This document shows positions 50,630 to 64,000 of a stretch of 64,000 nt of DNA, in pieces. Positions within the stretch are counted from its first letter, which is position 1; each line of letters starts with the position of its first letter. This stretch comes from Octopus bimaculoides (taxonomy: Eukaryota). The position numbers and the translations under genes are program-made. Location: positions 9,513,181-9,577,180 of the forward strand of contig NC_068996.1 of NCBI RefSeq assembly GCF_001194135.2, written 5' to 3'. Below the pieces are notes generated by a model. That model did no database searches. It was not told where the DNA came from and saw nothing but the letters and a program-made list of their open reading frames with translations.

Positions 50630-51000
50630 CGACACTGTTCAGCTTGGTGTTGTTAATGTTCCTTTTAAACTGTTGGAAGTCGGTATCTTTAGAAAAGACA
50701 TGCATAGAGTGGATATTCGTTCAAGAAGGTATTTATCTGAAGAAGGAGAACTAAATTTAATAGTTAGTTCGGGGATGAAAGGTGATGGACACAGCGAGGA
50801 GATGACATGACCGGGGTTGCTTGAATGGATGGATGGAGGTATGATATTAGCCAACTCTGAGGAACAGAGGCAATTTTACTAGGAATATCGACAGAAAGTC
50901 AGTTGTGGTCCTTTAAAGATAGATTGGAAAGGATTCCGTAAATGTGCTGGAAGCACCATATAACCAGTGAAGGCATTCTAAAGAGATCTAGCATAAGATG
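50630..51000 (-). pseudogene. jockey/CR1-group LINE 3' end remnant
   Basis: FCRY..NCLCSSELANIIPP and PRTNY..SFFR...VFSKDTDFQQFKRNIN across frameshifts. Confidence 0.55.
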
Positions 51001-51059
51001 ACCTAAACGAAATCATTCACTGAACGAAGATTAAAACTAGCAGGCTACATACTTCGGTT

Positions 51060-51280
51060 ATCAGGAGACTACCATTCTAAAAAAACTTTCAGATGAATAT
51101 CACCAGAAGGAAAAAAGAAAATGAGAAGGATTGAAAATTACAAGGCGTAGAACATTCATAACCAGCGTAGCAGAGGCCAATAACACACGACCGGATGTAG
51201 AGAAAACTGCAGCCGACAGAAACCAGTGGTGTCAACTTGCTGTCCAATATTCTCAAGAGCGCAGGAAGAACTGAGACTGA
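51060..51280 (+). pseudogene. RTE-type LINE 3' end remnant
   Basis: PEGKKKMRR/LKITRRRTF...AADRNQWCQLA resembles PxGKRxRGRPxxTWRR...AxDRxxWR. Confidence 0.55.
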
Positions 51281-51851
51281 TATTGATCGTAAGGATAGAA
51301 CCATTAAATCTTTTCCATCGTTAAATAAAGTCGTTTTTTCTTATAGATATGTTTTACCTTAATTTCGTAGAATGAAAAAGGAAAAGCAAGAAAAAAATAG
51401 ATAAATGAATATGTCTTTTGAACTATGAACAGTTTCCTGTCTTCTAACTTTCATTTTAGTTTGTAACTTCGTAGAAGGTTGAATTTAACACAATTAACCT
51501 GTGTCTAGAGTTATACTGCGTCGATAGTTAAAAAAAAAAGATGAAATAGTGGTTACCAAGGTCACAGAAAAACATATAGGAACTTTATTTTGTATAAAAG
51601 CAAGGAAAAGTTAAAAGATGTTTAAATTAAGAATTAAGGATACAGGATTTTCAAATTTGCCCGAGAAGAAATCCTCTCCCTTTGATGGCACGACTCCTGC
51701 TAAAGGCTAACCAAGTGCTCCGCATTCTTTAGTTGTACATAACTATGTCACATACTAAAGGCCACGGTCGTGTTCAAAATTTTAAGGTTTCTAATTATGT
51801 TGTTTTCATTGCTTTTCAACATTTGGGGAAAATGAATTTAATCGGTTTATA

Positions 51852-52077
51852 CAGGCGTGGCTTTGTGGTTAAGAAGCTCAATTTGCAACCGTATAGTTTT
51901 GGATGCAATCTCACAGCGTAGCACCTAGCTTCTATTATAGCTCAGGGTTGACCAATGCCTTGTGAGTGAATTTGTTATACTGAAACAATGTGGAAGTTCG
52001 TCGTATACATATGTGCGTGTTGTTTGTGTGTGTGTGTGTTTATATGAGTGTGTTTTTTGTGTGTGAGTGCGAGTGAG

Positions 52078-52111
<34 letters not shown>

Positions 52112-52395
52112 CTGTGTGAATGAGTGTTTTCTGTGTGTGTATTTGTGTATGTGAGTGTATATATATGTGCGCGTGTTTTTATGTGTGTACGTTTTCGTAT
52201 CTGTATTTGTAACCCCCTCCACCGGTATTGTTTTGTTTACGTTCCCATAACTTAGCCGTTCAGTAAAAGAGACTGCTAGCACCATATTTTAAAAAGAAAA
52301 ATAAGTAATAATTTCCTTGAATCGATTTGTGCGACTACACCCTTTAAGGCGGTGCCACCGCATGGAGGCAGACCAATGGCAGAAACAAATAAAAG
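51852..52395 (+). mobile_element. Old degenerate SINE family A
   Basis: ggcgtggctttgtggttaagaagc head; ggcggtgccacc.gcatgg tail. Confidence 0.75.
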
Positions 52396-52728
52396 ATTTT
52401 TTTTTTAAATTTTAAGACTCCTTGCGCACGCGTACACACATATACACAGACACACCTACACGCGCGCACACACATACACACATTCAGTTCTTTGAACTAA
52501 GCTTAATTTTATAATTAGTCATTTTATTTTCTACCTCTTTCGAACCACATATTCCTCATTCAGGATATTTCATTTTCTTTTGTTCTTTTTTTTTGTTACC
52601 TTTCCTTATTTTGTTTATATAATCTTTTCACATAGTTTATATGCTTTAGATTTAGTATATGTTGAAAAATTGGAAGGTCATTGATTATCTTTCTATTCAA
52701 TCAAGAGCTAACATGTGTCAAACAACAA

Positions 52729-52787
<59 letters not shown>

Positions 52788-52789
<2 letters not shown>

Positions 52790-53241
52790 GAGTGAGAGAG
52801 CAGTGCATGCCATCAAAGTGACACTGGGGTAAAATATACGAAGCCCAGTATACCCATCATGACTACCCGTCTGATAAGGGTACACCAGGCACATGCATCA
52901 CAACCATGTGTGCGCGACATGGTAACTTCATATAAAGATAAACAGCGCATGACCTTGCAGGTGGGGCTCAGTTAGAATTTTCTTCAGGTAGAGTAGCCCA
53001 TCCCGCTCAAAAGGTCCTTGAATAAGGTTTGTTTAAGGATGTTGAGCAAAACACCCATGTTTCTAAAGGTGAATTATTCAAACCCCAAAGAATTCCTCTC
53101 AACATATGGCTATGATGCTCCCCCACTACTTCTACTCATGATCAGAGATGCACATATCGTCAGCCACCAAGGGACATGCTCAACTGGTTAAGGTCAAACA
53201 ACTGACAAGCAAATCTGTGGTATTAAGCAGAATATTTGCTG
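52788..53241 (-). mobile_element. Interspersed repeat whose minus-strand 3' end abuts (TAA)n; probable non-LTR 3' region
   Basis: (TTA)n on both sides (52730-52787 and 53865-54017); second copy at 39525. Confidence 0.55.
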
Positions 53242-53863
53242 NNNNNNNNNNNNNNNNNNNNNNNNNNNNNNNNNNNNNNNNNNNNNNNNNNNNNNNNNNN
53301 NNNNNNNNNNNNNNNNNNNNNNNNNNNNNNNNNNNNNNNNNNNNNNNNNNNNNNNNNNNNNNNNNNNNNNNNNNNNNNNNNNNNNNNNNNNNNNNNNNNN
53401 NNNNNNNNNNNNNNNNNNNNNNNNNNNNNNNNNNNNNNNNNNNNNNNNNNNNNNNNNNNNNNNNNNNNNNNNNNNNNNNNNNNNNNNNNNNNNNNNNNNN
53501 NNNNNNNNNNNNNNNNNNNNNNNNNNNNNNNNNNNNNNNNNNNNNNNNNNNNNNNNNNNNNNNNNNNNNNNNNNNNNNNNNNNNNNNNNNNNNNNNNNNN
53601 NNNNNNNNNNNNNNNNNNNNNNNNNNNNNNNNNNNNNNNNNNNNNNNNNNNNNNNNNNNNNNNNNNNNNNNNNNNNNNNNNNNNNNNNNNNNNNNNNNNN
53701 NNNNNNNNNNNNNNNNNNNNNNNNNNNNNNNNNNNNNNNNNNNNNNNNNNNNNNNNNNNNNNNNNNNNNNNNNNNNNNNNNNNNNNNNNNNNNNNNNNNN
53801 NNNNNNNNNNNNNNNNNNNNNNNNNNNNNNNNNNNNNNNNNNNNNNNTCTGTTGTTATTCCAT

Positions 53864-53929
<66 letters not shown>

Positions 53930-53948
53930 GCTATTATTATTATTATTA

Positions 53949-54016
<68 letters not shown>

Positions 54017-54018
<2 letters not shown>

Positions 54019-54225
54019 GGCAGCGATCTGGCAGAATCGTAAGCATGCCAGACAAAATGCTTAGCGGCATTTCGTCCGTCTTTACGTTTTGAGTGCAAGT
54101 TCCGCCGAGGTTGACTTTGCCTTTCATCCTTCTGGAGTCGATAAAATATGTACCAGCTGAGTACTGGGGTCGACTAACTCCCTCCCGCAAACTTCAGGTA
54201 TTGTGCCTGTAGTAGAAAGGATTGT
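54017..54225 (+). mobile_element. SINE family B, near full length
   Basis: ggcagcgatctggcagaatcgtaagc...ttccgccgaggttgactttgcctttcatcc...ggggtcgact. Confidence 0.85.
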
Positions 54226-54599
54226 CAATATTTTTCTTTTGGTTTGACGTAGATTCGGTCTTATTCCTGGTAGAATTTATACGGGTAGCAGGTAACCTTA
54301 GATATACACAAGTTTCCCGTAGCCTTTCAAGTGCTTAGAACCCTCCTGATAATCATTGTTGTCCCGAAGAGATAAACTTTCTATAGAAGCTTTACAGGGC
54401 ATTCTATTCCAATCTCCTTCAACCATTTGTCTATATCTTTGCTTACTGTTCCCGACGTATCAATTATAAGCACGATCTTCACAATTTTCATGCTTTTAAT
54501 TTTTGTTGTTGTTGCAGTTGTTGTTGTTGTTGCTGCTGCTGCTGCTGTTGTTGTTGTTGTTGTTTACCTTTTAATGTGCGTGTTTGTTGCAGTCGCTTG

Positions 54600-55110
54600 C
54601 CGAAACTACCGAGTGTCCTAAGGTGAGTGAAGGATAAGAGATATTACAGTATGACTGAAACCTTGGAGAGGAGAAGTTGCAACACAGACATTTAAATTGA
54701 TAGGGTTTTTCTAAGGATGTGGGCAGTACTTGTCAGCACAATTTTTTTGATTTCTCTGTGACATGGTTCTCCTGGGATGTTATCTAGATGTTTCTGACAT
54801 CCCTTTCTTATCATAACTAGGGCACCTACAATAACAATTTCAATTTTCAGGTCCATATATTTACTTGATTTGTCAAATTCCTTTACGGATACACTTTTAT
54901 CACTTACCTCTATTAGTCTACAAGCATTTTCTTCTCTATTTTCAATGACTATGTCTGGTCGATTAGCCTGGATCGTTCTGTCAGTGTTGACTAGAAAATC
55001 CCAAAGAATAGCGACATTTTTACCTTCAACGACTGGCTCATGATGATGTTCATACCAGTAAGCAGGAGTGCTGATTTTGTAGTATTTACATATTTTCCAA
55101 TAAAACGTGA
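54600..55110 (-). pseudogene. Dong/R4 RLE fragment, subfamily 1
   Basis: YWKICKYYKISTPAYWYEH...ILWDF...ANRPDIV...TAHILRK. Confidence 0.85.
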
Positions 55111-55111
55111 T

Positions 55112-55447
<336 letters not shown>

Positions 55448-56214
55448 TTGCACGGGTCTGCGCCCTACCTGATGATTTATAAAATTACAAAGAAATTATC
55501 CTATCTCGTACAACTTTCTTCACAAAATCGATCATTGCATATTTAACTTCAGTCTTCTATCATTACTATTAATTGCCATATTTAAATAGTCTACAACAGA
55601 AGAACTAATAGGCGTAATTTTGAAAAATAAGCAACAGACAACGTTTAGATCACTCCAGCTACATAGAGTGGCGTCTGCATCACCGTAGCTTCAGTCACTC
55701 TCAAGCAATGAGGAGAGAATGATGCGCTTTACAAGGTCACGTTGCTTAGGTTAAAACGTATCTTTATTTCTATTGCAATTATTTCCTCATGCCTTCCTTC
55801 AATGTATATGTGCTACATACATTGATTTATTTTACCATATGTTACATTTAAGTGCTTCTTTAATGATCTTATGTATACATTTAGATAGTAAACCAAATAT
55901 ATGCTCTTAAAAAATGTCCCTTTCCCCTTTCATTACAGACCTCCCCCTTATGTAACAAAGTGCCAGCTGTTCCTAATCTATGGACTAAGGGCATCACTCT
56001 TCATTCAGATTTCGAGAACTCCGCAGAAGATTCGCGCAGATACAAATAACGCCATTTTCTAGAGTAAAGATGCTCTATTTTTACGTTTACGCCTATCATT
56101 CCAAACCTGTCTGTGAGCTTCATACCTAAAGCTCCAACAAACTGTGGATATGTTATTTATATTATTTACATTATTTACATTTGACGGATATTTGTCCTCA
56201 TCTTGTTTGTTGTT

Positions 56215-56260
56215 AACACAACGTTTCGGCTGATATACCCTCCAGCCTTCTTCAGGTGTC
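56215..56260 (-). ncRNA. Minimal type-I hammerhead (CUGAAGA)
   Basis: GACAC CTGAAGA A GGCTG-GAGGGTATAT-CAGCC GAA ACGT T GTGTT. Confidence 0.8.
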
Positions 56261-56312
56261 TTGGGGAAATTTCGAACCTCGGTTCTCATTCCTAAGGTAT
56301 TTTTCGATGTTA

Positions 56313-56367
<55 letters not shown>

Positions 56368-56404
56368 TCAGGTCACTGCCTGGAACCGAACCTGAATAAT
56401 AATA

Positions 56405-56527
<123 letters not shown>

Positions 56528-56574
56528 TTGAAAAATACCTTAGGAATGAGAACCGAAGTTCGAAATTTCCCCAA

Positions 56575-56620
56575 GACACCTGATGAAGGCTGGAGGGTAT
56601 ATCAGCCGAAACGTTGTGTT
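56575..56620 (+). ncRNA. Minimal type-I hammerhead (CUGAUGA)
   Basis: GACAC CTGATGA A GGCTG-GAGGGTATAT-CAGCC GAA ACGT T GTGTT. Confidence 0.8.
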
Positions 56621-56810
56621 AACAACAAACAAGATGAGGACAAATATCCGTCAAATGCAAAAAAATGTAAATAATATAAATAATGTACCTAATTTCTCTT
56701 CTCTTAATTATAGAACTGAAACTGGGATATGACATTAACCTTCTTCCCATTTCAAATCATCGTATCTAATTTGTTTTTTTCCCTCTCCTTCTCGCTCTCT
56801 CTCCCACCCC

Positions 56811-56862
<52 letters not shown>

Positions 56863-57144
56863 CTATCTCTTATCATTATAGTGTAGATTACTGTGTCAAG
56901 TGGTAAAACACAAACTAAAGTTTTCAAAACCATGATTATTGGTGGTATGCGCATATTAGACGAAACTTTTTCATCCCCAAGGTTTTCCCCTCTTTATTAA
57001 CCGCTACTATATCTGGCTTTCGATCTTAAATTTCACGATCACATCAGATCGTTTGATCCCATTGTGTCTTTAGCTAGTCATCTTCGATTACTCCTTCTGA
57101 AAGTTTGAAAACTGATGCAATAGCTGTTTCTGACATAGGCGTTA

Positions 57145-57315
57145 GGCATTGAATTTTGGGGGTAGAGGATTAGTCCGCGGCATCGGCTCCAATAGTTGAC
57201 TAGTATAAAACTTTATTTAATCGACCCCACCAGAAGGATAAAAGGCATAGTTGACCTCAACTGGATCTGAACTCAGAACGTAAAGAGCCGAAAAGAAATG
57301 CCGCAAAGAGTTTGT
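57145..57315 (-). mobile_element. Degenerate SINE family B
   Basis: atcgacccc...gttgacctc...tgaactcagaacgtaaagag. Confidence 0.7.
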
Positions 57316-57344
57316 CCCACACGCACACCGCACACATACACACA

Positions 57345-57380
<36 letters not shown>

Positions 57381-57797
57381 TCTGTTAATACGGTTATGAG
57401 TTCACCTCTATAGAATATGACCAAGGAGGGTGTTTCCAGCGATACCTTACACAGTACAATAAGTTTTATTATTTCTTCCTAATTAAACAGGAAATACCAG
57501 TCTGTTTGGTATTTCCCGTTTGACTAGTTCTAGCTCTTTGTATTCAAGTATTACTTGTACTTTGCGGTCATTTTTTTCTTAACCACCATCAAAAGATTTA
57601 GTGAGGTGGATTAATAAACACACCTAGTTTTTAATTAATTATATAATTAATTAATTACTTAGTTTCTTAATTAATTAACTAATTAAGCAGCTACCCCGTG
57701 TTCTATGTGAAAAATGTATTATATCATGTGAGTGAAGACAAATGCATATAAGTATATATAATATAATATAATATAATATAATATATATATATAAATG

Positions 57798-57879
<82 letters not shown>

Positions 57880-58235
57880 NNNNNNNNNNNNNNNNNNNNN
57901 NNNNNNNNNNNNNNNNNNNNNNNNNNNNNNNNNNNNNNNNNNNNNNNNNNNNNNNNNNNNNNNNNNNNNNNNNNNNNNNNNNNNNNNNNNNNNNNNNNNN
58001 NNNNNNNNNNNNNNNNNNNNNNNNNNNNNNNNNNNNNNNNNNNNNNNNNNNNNNNNNNNNNNNNNNNNNNNNNNNNNNNNNNTGATTCCAAACTACAAAT
58101 TTTTCTCTAAAGTGGATGGCGATATTTATGGCACACATAGAACAAAAAACCGGAGGGAAAAGCGTAAACAAACCAAGCCTTTAGTTATATATATATGTAT
58201 ATATATGTATATATATATATGTATATATATATATG

Positions 58236-58287
<52 letters not shown>

Positions 58288-58599
58288 TGTATGTATATAA
58301 ACTATGCGTTTATTTAGCATATGCGAATTCAATATTATGAACATACGCGCACACTCGTATAAAGAGAGAAGGGGAGATTGAGAGAGGAAGAGAATAGGAA
58401 AAAGTGAGCGAAAATTACCAAAAAAAAAACAGTAGGAGAGAGAGAGAATGATATTCATGTATAAATATTGATTGATTATGTGTGTGTGTGTGTGTGTGTG
58501 TGCGTGTGTGGGTGGGTATGTGTGTGTGGACAGACCGACAGACAGACTGATATACCGACCGACCAACAGACAGACAGACAGCTAGCTAGCTAGCTAGCC

Positions 58600-58642
<43 letters not shown>

Positions 58643-58881
58643 TACATACATACATATTATTTTATGTGGTAATGCTCCAACAAGTAGAAAAGCACTCGAT
58701 CAACTAAGAGAGTAAAGAAAATGATTTCTTTTTATTATAACATTATTTTCATCCATGCTTATATATATATAATAATAATACAAATGATATGTGAACATAT
58801 ATATACATACATACATATATACATATATGTATATGTATGTGTGTGTGTGTGTGTCTGTGTCTGTGTCTGTGTGTGTGTGTG

Positions 58882-58931
<50 letters not shown>

Positions 58932-59337
58932 CTGTAAGTTTTAGAGGTAATACTTGATAAGTGTAAGCACCTGTATATGCCGGATAGTGGCCAAGGTAAA
59001 AGAATATATTAAAACGTAAAATGAAAACAGAACACAAAGGATACCGCGTTACACGTGTTTCAAGCTTTATACACAAACAGTCGTTGCATCAGTATATGAG
59101 TATACAATTGATAGAAATGATGGTTTAAAGCTATCTTCAGCCGCAAACATTTTCAGTCCCAAGATTACATCACAAAGAAAAAAGAAAAAGAGAGAGAAAA
59201 AGGAGAGAGAAAAAGGAAAAGTCCACCTAGTATTATGCATTGTAATGTGCTTATCCTTTAAATTGTTATATCTACATAAAAGTTCCTTGGTATTCAAAAA
59301 TCTGTCCATATTGTACCTCTCTTTTTCTTCTTTCTTT

Positions 59338-59379
<42 letters not shown>

Positions 59380-60574
59380 TGGCGAGAAGTGACTAGGAAA
59401 CTAGGGCATGTAGCCCCCCACCCCAACTGAGTTTTTTTTTCTTTTTGGTGGAGGCGTCCGAATGTGCCACCCTCCCCTATTTTCCGTGAAAAGTACAGTA
59501 TTGTATACGCTTTGAGATACGGTGAGTCTGAAAATGAAAATAGTTTCTTCCCTACGACGCACCGTTTTGAAGTAGTTAGTAAGACACGAGAAACGTCCAT
59601 ATAACTTTGGAAATCACCTTCCAATGATCTCATCTAATAGAGGCTATTCAAGCCGTCGACTTTGAGAAAAAAGTCGAAATTGTTTTTAAAGTTTAGAAGA
59701 AAATTTCACATTCACGAACTCATGATGCTGATTTACAGAGTACCAAATTAAGTGAATATTTGTAACAATGTACAACTTCTGTCACTGAAGCAGCTTTTCT
59801 GCCTTTATTGACATCTACTTATCCCCTAAACCTGTCTTGAAGCCTTTCCTTCTTATCAACAAATTGCAAAACGTGTGACAGTAAAGATTTCATTCGAAAC
59901 TGTGAAGTTTTACCAAACGTAACAACAACAAATGCTGTTTATTTCGATCATCGGCTTAATTACACCTTCACTTGTAACAGCCAAACAATTAAATAATTTC
60001 GTTTTGAATATCATTTTAAAGTGATATTCGTTTTCAATATCACTTCAAAGCTGAGAAAATGTCTTCTTGTACTGACAAACTAACAGACATTCGAACAAAA
60101 TAACGATGACATTCCTTGCTGCCCACATCAGTTTTTATTTTCAGCTTAAGCTTTGGTTTCTTTTCCAAGAATGATAATATTCTTCTTACCTGTTTCAAAG
60201 CTGGGAAAGTAGAGAGAAAACTAAACTATTTCACCGTTTTGCCATCTTGAGGGTGATTGAAAACATGAGAAATTCTACTGGGTTATAATCTTTTTAAAGG
60301 AATCAAAGCTTTATGCTAATAGATAATTTGGGTGCTAGTTTACTCTTTTATGTAACCTTTCTTAAATAACTTTAAATATTTAAAATTAGATTTTAAAGCA
60401 TTGGCATGAACAAATGGATGAAAAAGTTTACTTTTTAATCACACACACACACACACAAACAAACAAAAATTGCTGATGTCTTCTTTTCGCTCTATGTGTG
60501 AAATAGTCAAGAAAACTCTGGGGTCACATGACTGAATTCAAGTCTTAAGAAGAGATCAAAAATACTCTCTCCAT

Positions 60575-61135
<561 letters not shown>

Positions 61136-61755
61136 TGTGTACACTTCAATACCGAATAATCGTGCGAAATATATCAGAAAGCAATAAAACAAACTTGTAA
61201 ATAGACTAAATATGCATTTCTTGCCTAATTCTGTCCGACTATGAGGAAAGCCACAGAAAAGTCTTCGGGATAGGCAAGTTTTTGATCTCTGTTGCACAGG
61301 ACAGTAAAGACATCAGCACTTCAAGAGAAAAATAAATGTTGATAACGTGTCTGCTGGCTTAACACGGCTGAAAAGCAAGCGGTAAAATATCTGCTTTCAT
61401 TTTCTCGGTCACTGCTCTTACTATGATTAAAAGCAAGCAGTCAAAAATTTGCTTTCTGTTGTCAACTTAACACGGATGAAAGGCAAGCAGTAAAATATCT
61501 GCTTTCTCTGTCATTATTGGTCATTCACTCAATTTTTGATTTGTTCCTCTTTTTGACGCGCTTTTCTCGAAAATAATAGAATACAAAGAAAATAACTAAG
61601 AAATGAAGGAATGAGAAATAAAAGTAAATATGACTACAATGAATCTAATCAAAATTATCAATAATCAATTATATATAACACAAAAATTATTTATCGTACA
61701 AAAATAGTAAGGCACGCAATACATGTGTTGCATACATAGACCCTTCGCTCCTGAT

Positions 61756-61810
<55 letters not shown>

Positions 61811-62087
61811 ATGAAGCACCTTTGCCTGTTCTACCACTTCTAAATTGTATGTAGATATATTTGTGTGTGATAAAATTTTTTGTACAATTTATTCACCACT
61901 ACATGTGTTTCATTTGCTAATAGGAGTTACAAAATCAGTTTGATTTTGTCTGAAGAATTTCTAATAGGAGATATCCTACATGTTTTTTTACATGTTTTTG
62001 TTTTTAATTAGCAAATAAAACGTGCAATGGTGAATAAATAATACCAAAAGTTTTTACTACTCTCCTGTTTTAATATACTTACATCTT

Positions 62088-62178
<91 letters not shown>

Positions 62179-62279
62179 ACATACACACACGTTTATAAAT
62201 AATGCAAAAATTATAACACGAAGACGAGTTAAAAATGCATATATAGTATATTAGATCTGCGTTCCGAAAAAGAACAGAA

Positions 62280-62520
62280 CGTATTTGCAGCCATTTAACC
62301 TTCTAGAAGACGATATAAAATCTCTGACCGATAACATCAGGGCTGCACTTCATGAAATTACTCACAAAGTTTTGGAGGAAGAAGGAAAAAAGAAATTATG
62401 AGTCACTGATGAGATCTTGGATCTATGTCACTTAAAACGGGACCTGGGGGAAGATCAAGCTAACAAGTCAGGTTGCAAGTCAGCAATACGACGCTGCTAA
62501 TGAGAAAGGCCTTTTACGTT
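62280..62520 (+). pseudogene. RTE ORF2 linker remnant
   Basis: LLEDDIKSL...KVLEEEGKKKL*VTDEILDLCHLKRDL (KKPWVTxEILDLC). Confidence 0.6.
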
Positions 62521-63309
62521 TCGTGCATGCGCTCTTCTAAGAAAAGGGTAGAGGTGAGAGAAAAATGGGGACAGAGAACAAACGGATGTATGTTTATATA
62601 TATGTATTTTATGCATATGTGTGTGTGTGTGTGTATTAACGTTGAATTGAGTCAAACGAATGAGTGCTAAGTACACATCCACAGTGTACAGTTCGTTGTT
62701 TATTGAATATGAATGTTTATTTTGCTACATAACTTTCACTTTACGACGATCTTTAGGCACCATAAAACTAGAGTCATATGCGTGCATGTCTACGTGTGCG
62801 TGAGTCTCTGTGTGTATGTATATATGTATATTCATGCATAATTAATGGATATATGTATATACGAAAGGGCATCCAATAACCGGAAACGTCCTCTGTGTGA
62901 AAAGCCTGTTGCAGTTCAGGCTTCCACCGCTAGAAGCCACATGATGCAGCACTCAGGCATCAGTCTACCGACCGGTGCTATCTACTGGNNNNNNNNNNNN
63001 NNNNNNNNNNNNNNNNNNNNNNNNNNNNNNNNNNNNNNNNNNNNNNNNNNNNNNNNNNNNNNNNNNNNNNNNNNNNNNNNNNNNNNNNNNNNNNNNNNNN
63101 NNNNNNNNNNNNNNNNNNNNNNNNNNNNNNNNNNNNNNNNNNNNNNNNNNNNNNNNNNNNNNNNNNNNNNNNNNNNNNNNNNNNNNNNNNNNNNNNNNNN
63201 NNNNNNNNNNNNNNNNNNNNNNNNNNNNNNNNNNNNNNNNNNNNNNNNNNNNNNNNNNNNNNNNNNNNNNNNNNNNNCCCTGTTTAATTATATCATTATT
63301 CCCTAGTAA

Positions 63310-63510
63310 GGGTTTAGGGTTTTAGGGTTAGGGTTCGGGTTTTAGGGTTAGGGCTTTAGGATTAAGGTTGGGGTTAGGGTTAGGGTTATGGTTATGAGTT
63401 ATAGGGTTAGAGTTAAGGTTATGGCAAAAATAATCATAACCCTAACCGTAATCCTAAAACTAACCCTAACTCTAAAACCCTAACCCTAACCCTAAAACCC
63501 TAAAGCTAAA
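63310..63510. repeat. Degenerate head-to-head telomeric repeats (TTAGGG)n-(CCCTAA)n
   Basis: Directly visible; orientation switch at ttatggcaaaaataatcataa (about 63419-63439). Confidence 0.92.
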
Positions 63511-63870
63511 ACCAGTACAAACGCACGAACGATGTCATAAATAACAGTAACAAACGAAATATATACCGCTGATAGTTGTTGTTGACAACGGATAGTTTTT
63601 GTTGACAAACAACGGCACTAATTTTATTCAAGGGAAAAAATCCCGTAGCACCGTTGTTTACATTCCCCGGCGAAATTGTTTTCACCTCAATAGACGTCAG
63701 TGGTAGGTTGAAATTACCGAAATACGACAATTTTTTACATGAAATAACTTGGAACACAAAATTTTTTATTTGTTCTATAACACAAAATATACAAGTATTC
63801 GAAGTTTGAAAGTGTTTCGGTACGAAAAACACTACATAAAAAAATGTTGCCCGTCAAATTACAAAGATCC
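63511..63870. mobile_element. Right arm of the Merlin-like long-TIR family
   Basis: Matches 34419-34570 directly and 33802-33990 in reverse complement; ends caaagatcc. Confidence 0.85.
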
Positions 63871-64000
63871 GCGTGCTTCCGTGAAATTCTGTTTTCTGCT
63901 GGGGAAACAGTTGTCATGCTTCAAACAGCTTACAAGGACATTGCCATGAGCAAAACACAAGCTTACGAATGGTTTTCGCGCTTTAGGAATGGACACTTGT

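Larger units (their letters stand above)
62862..64000 (+). mobile_element. Mariner of the 1765 family, interrupted by an insertion ending at 63870
   Basis: TA-CGAAAGGG end and 5' UTR at 62862-62988 match 1765-1880; ORF start region resumes at 63871 matching about 1978-2120. Confidence 0.85.

Noticed and set aside
51089-51304. 71-aa minus-strand ORF
   Set aside because: Antisense of an RTE 3' end on the plus strand
63310-63510. Ancestral telomere-telomere chromosome fusion
   Set aside because: The array is nested in a mariner and shares spacer and arm sequence with the transposon at 33802; kept only as an alternative

Overview
AT-rich, microsatellite-dense, gap-ridden (many N runs) eukaryotic DNA. 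The SINE and retroelement families match what I recognise from octopus, so a cephalopod origin is inferred. No intact protein-coding gene, rRNA, true tRNA or CRISPR array is recognisable, and almost all ORF-track entries are microsatellite or N-gap artefacts. The window is a mosaic of tRNA-derived SINEs, Dong/R4-type RLE LINEs in trinucleotide arrays, RTE, Tx1/L1-like and jockey/CR1-like remnants, mariner, Tc1 and hAT elements, a Merlin-like long-TIR element, and Penelope-like elements (PLEs) of at least three lineages. Main result: several distinct minimal type-I hammerhead ribozyme (HHR) families sit in PLE pseudo-LTRs. One Poseidon-type PLE carries a tRNA-like Pol III head, then (AAT)n, then an HHR in its 3' UTR, and that module also occurs as ORF-less copies, like a PLE-driven ribozyme SINE. 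Other highlights are CCGANGA-core HHR variants, a head-to-head (TTAGGG)n-(CCCTAA)n block that appears to be cargo of a Merlin-like transposon nested in a mariner, many long inverted repeats, a CCAAT/E-box promoter candidate and a few low-confidence host exons. All calls were made by eye and coordinates of degenerate repeats are approximate.
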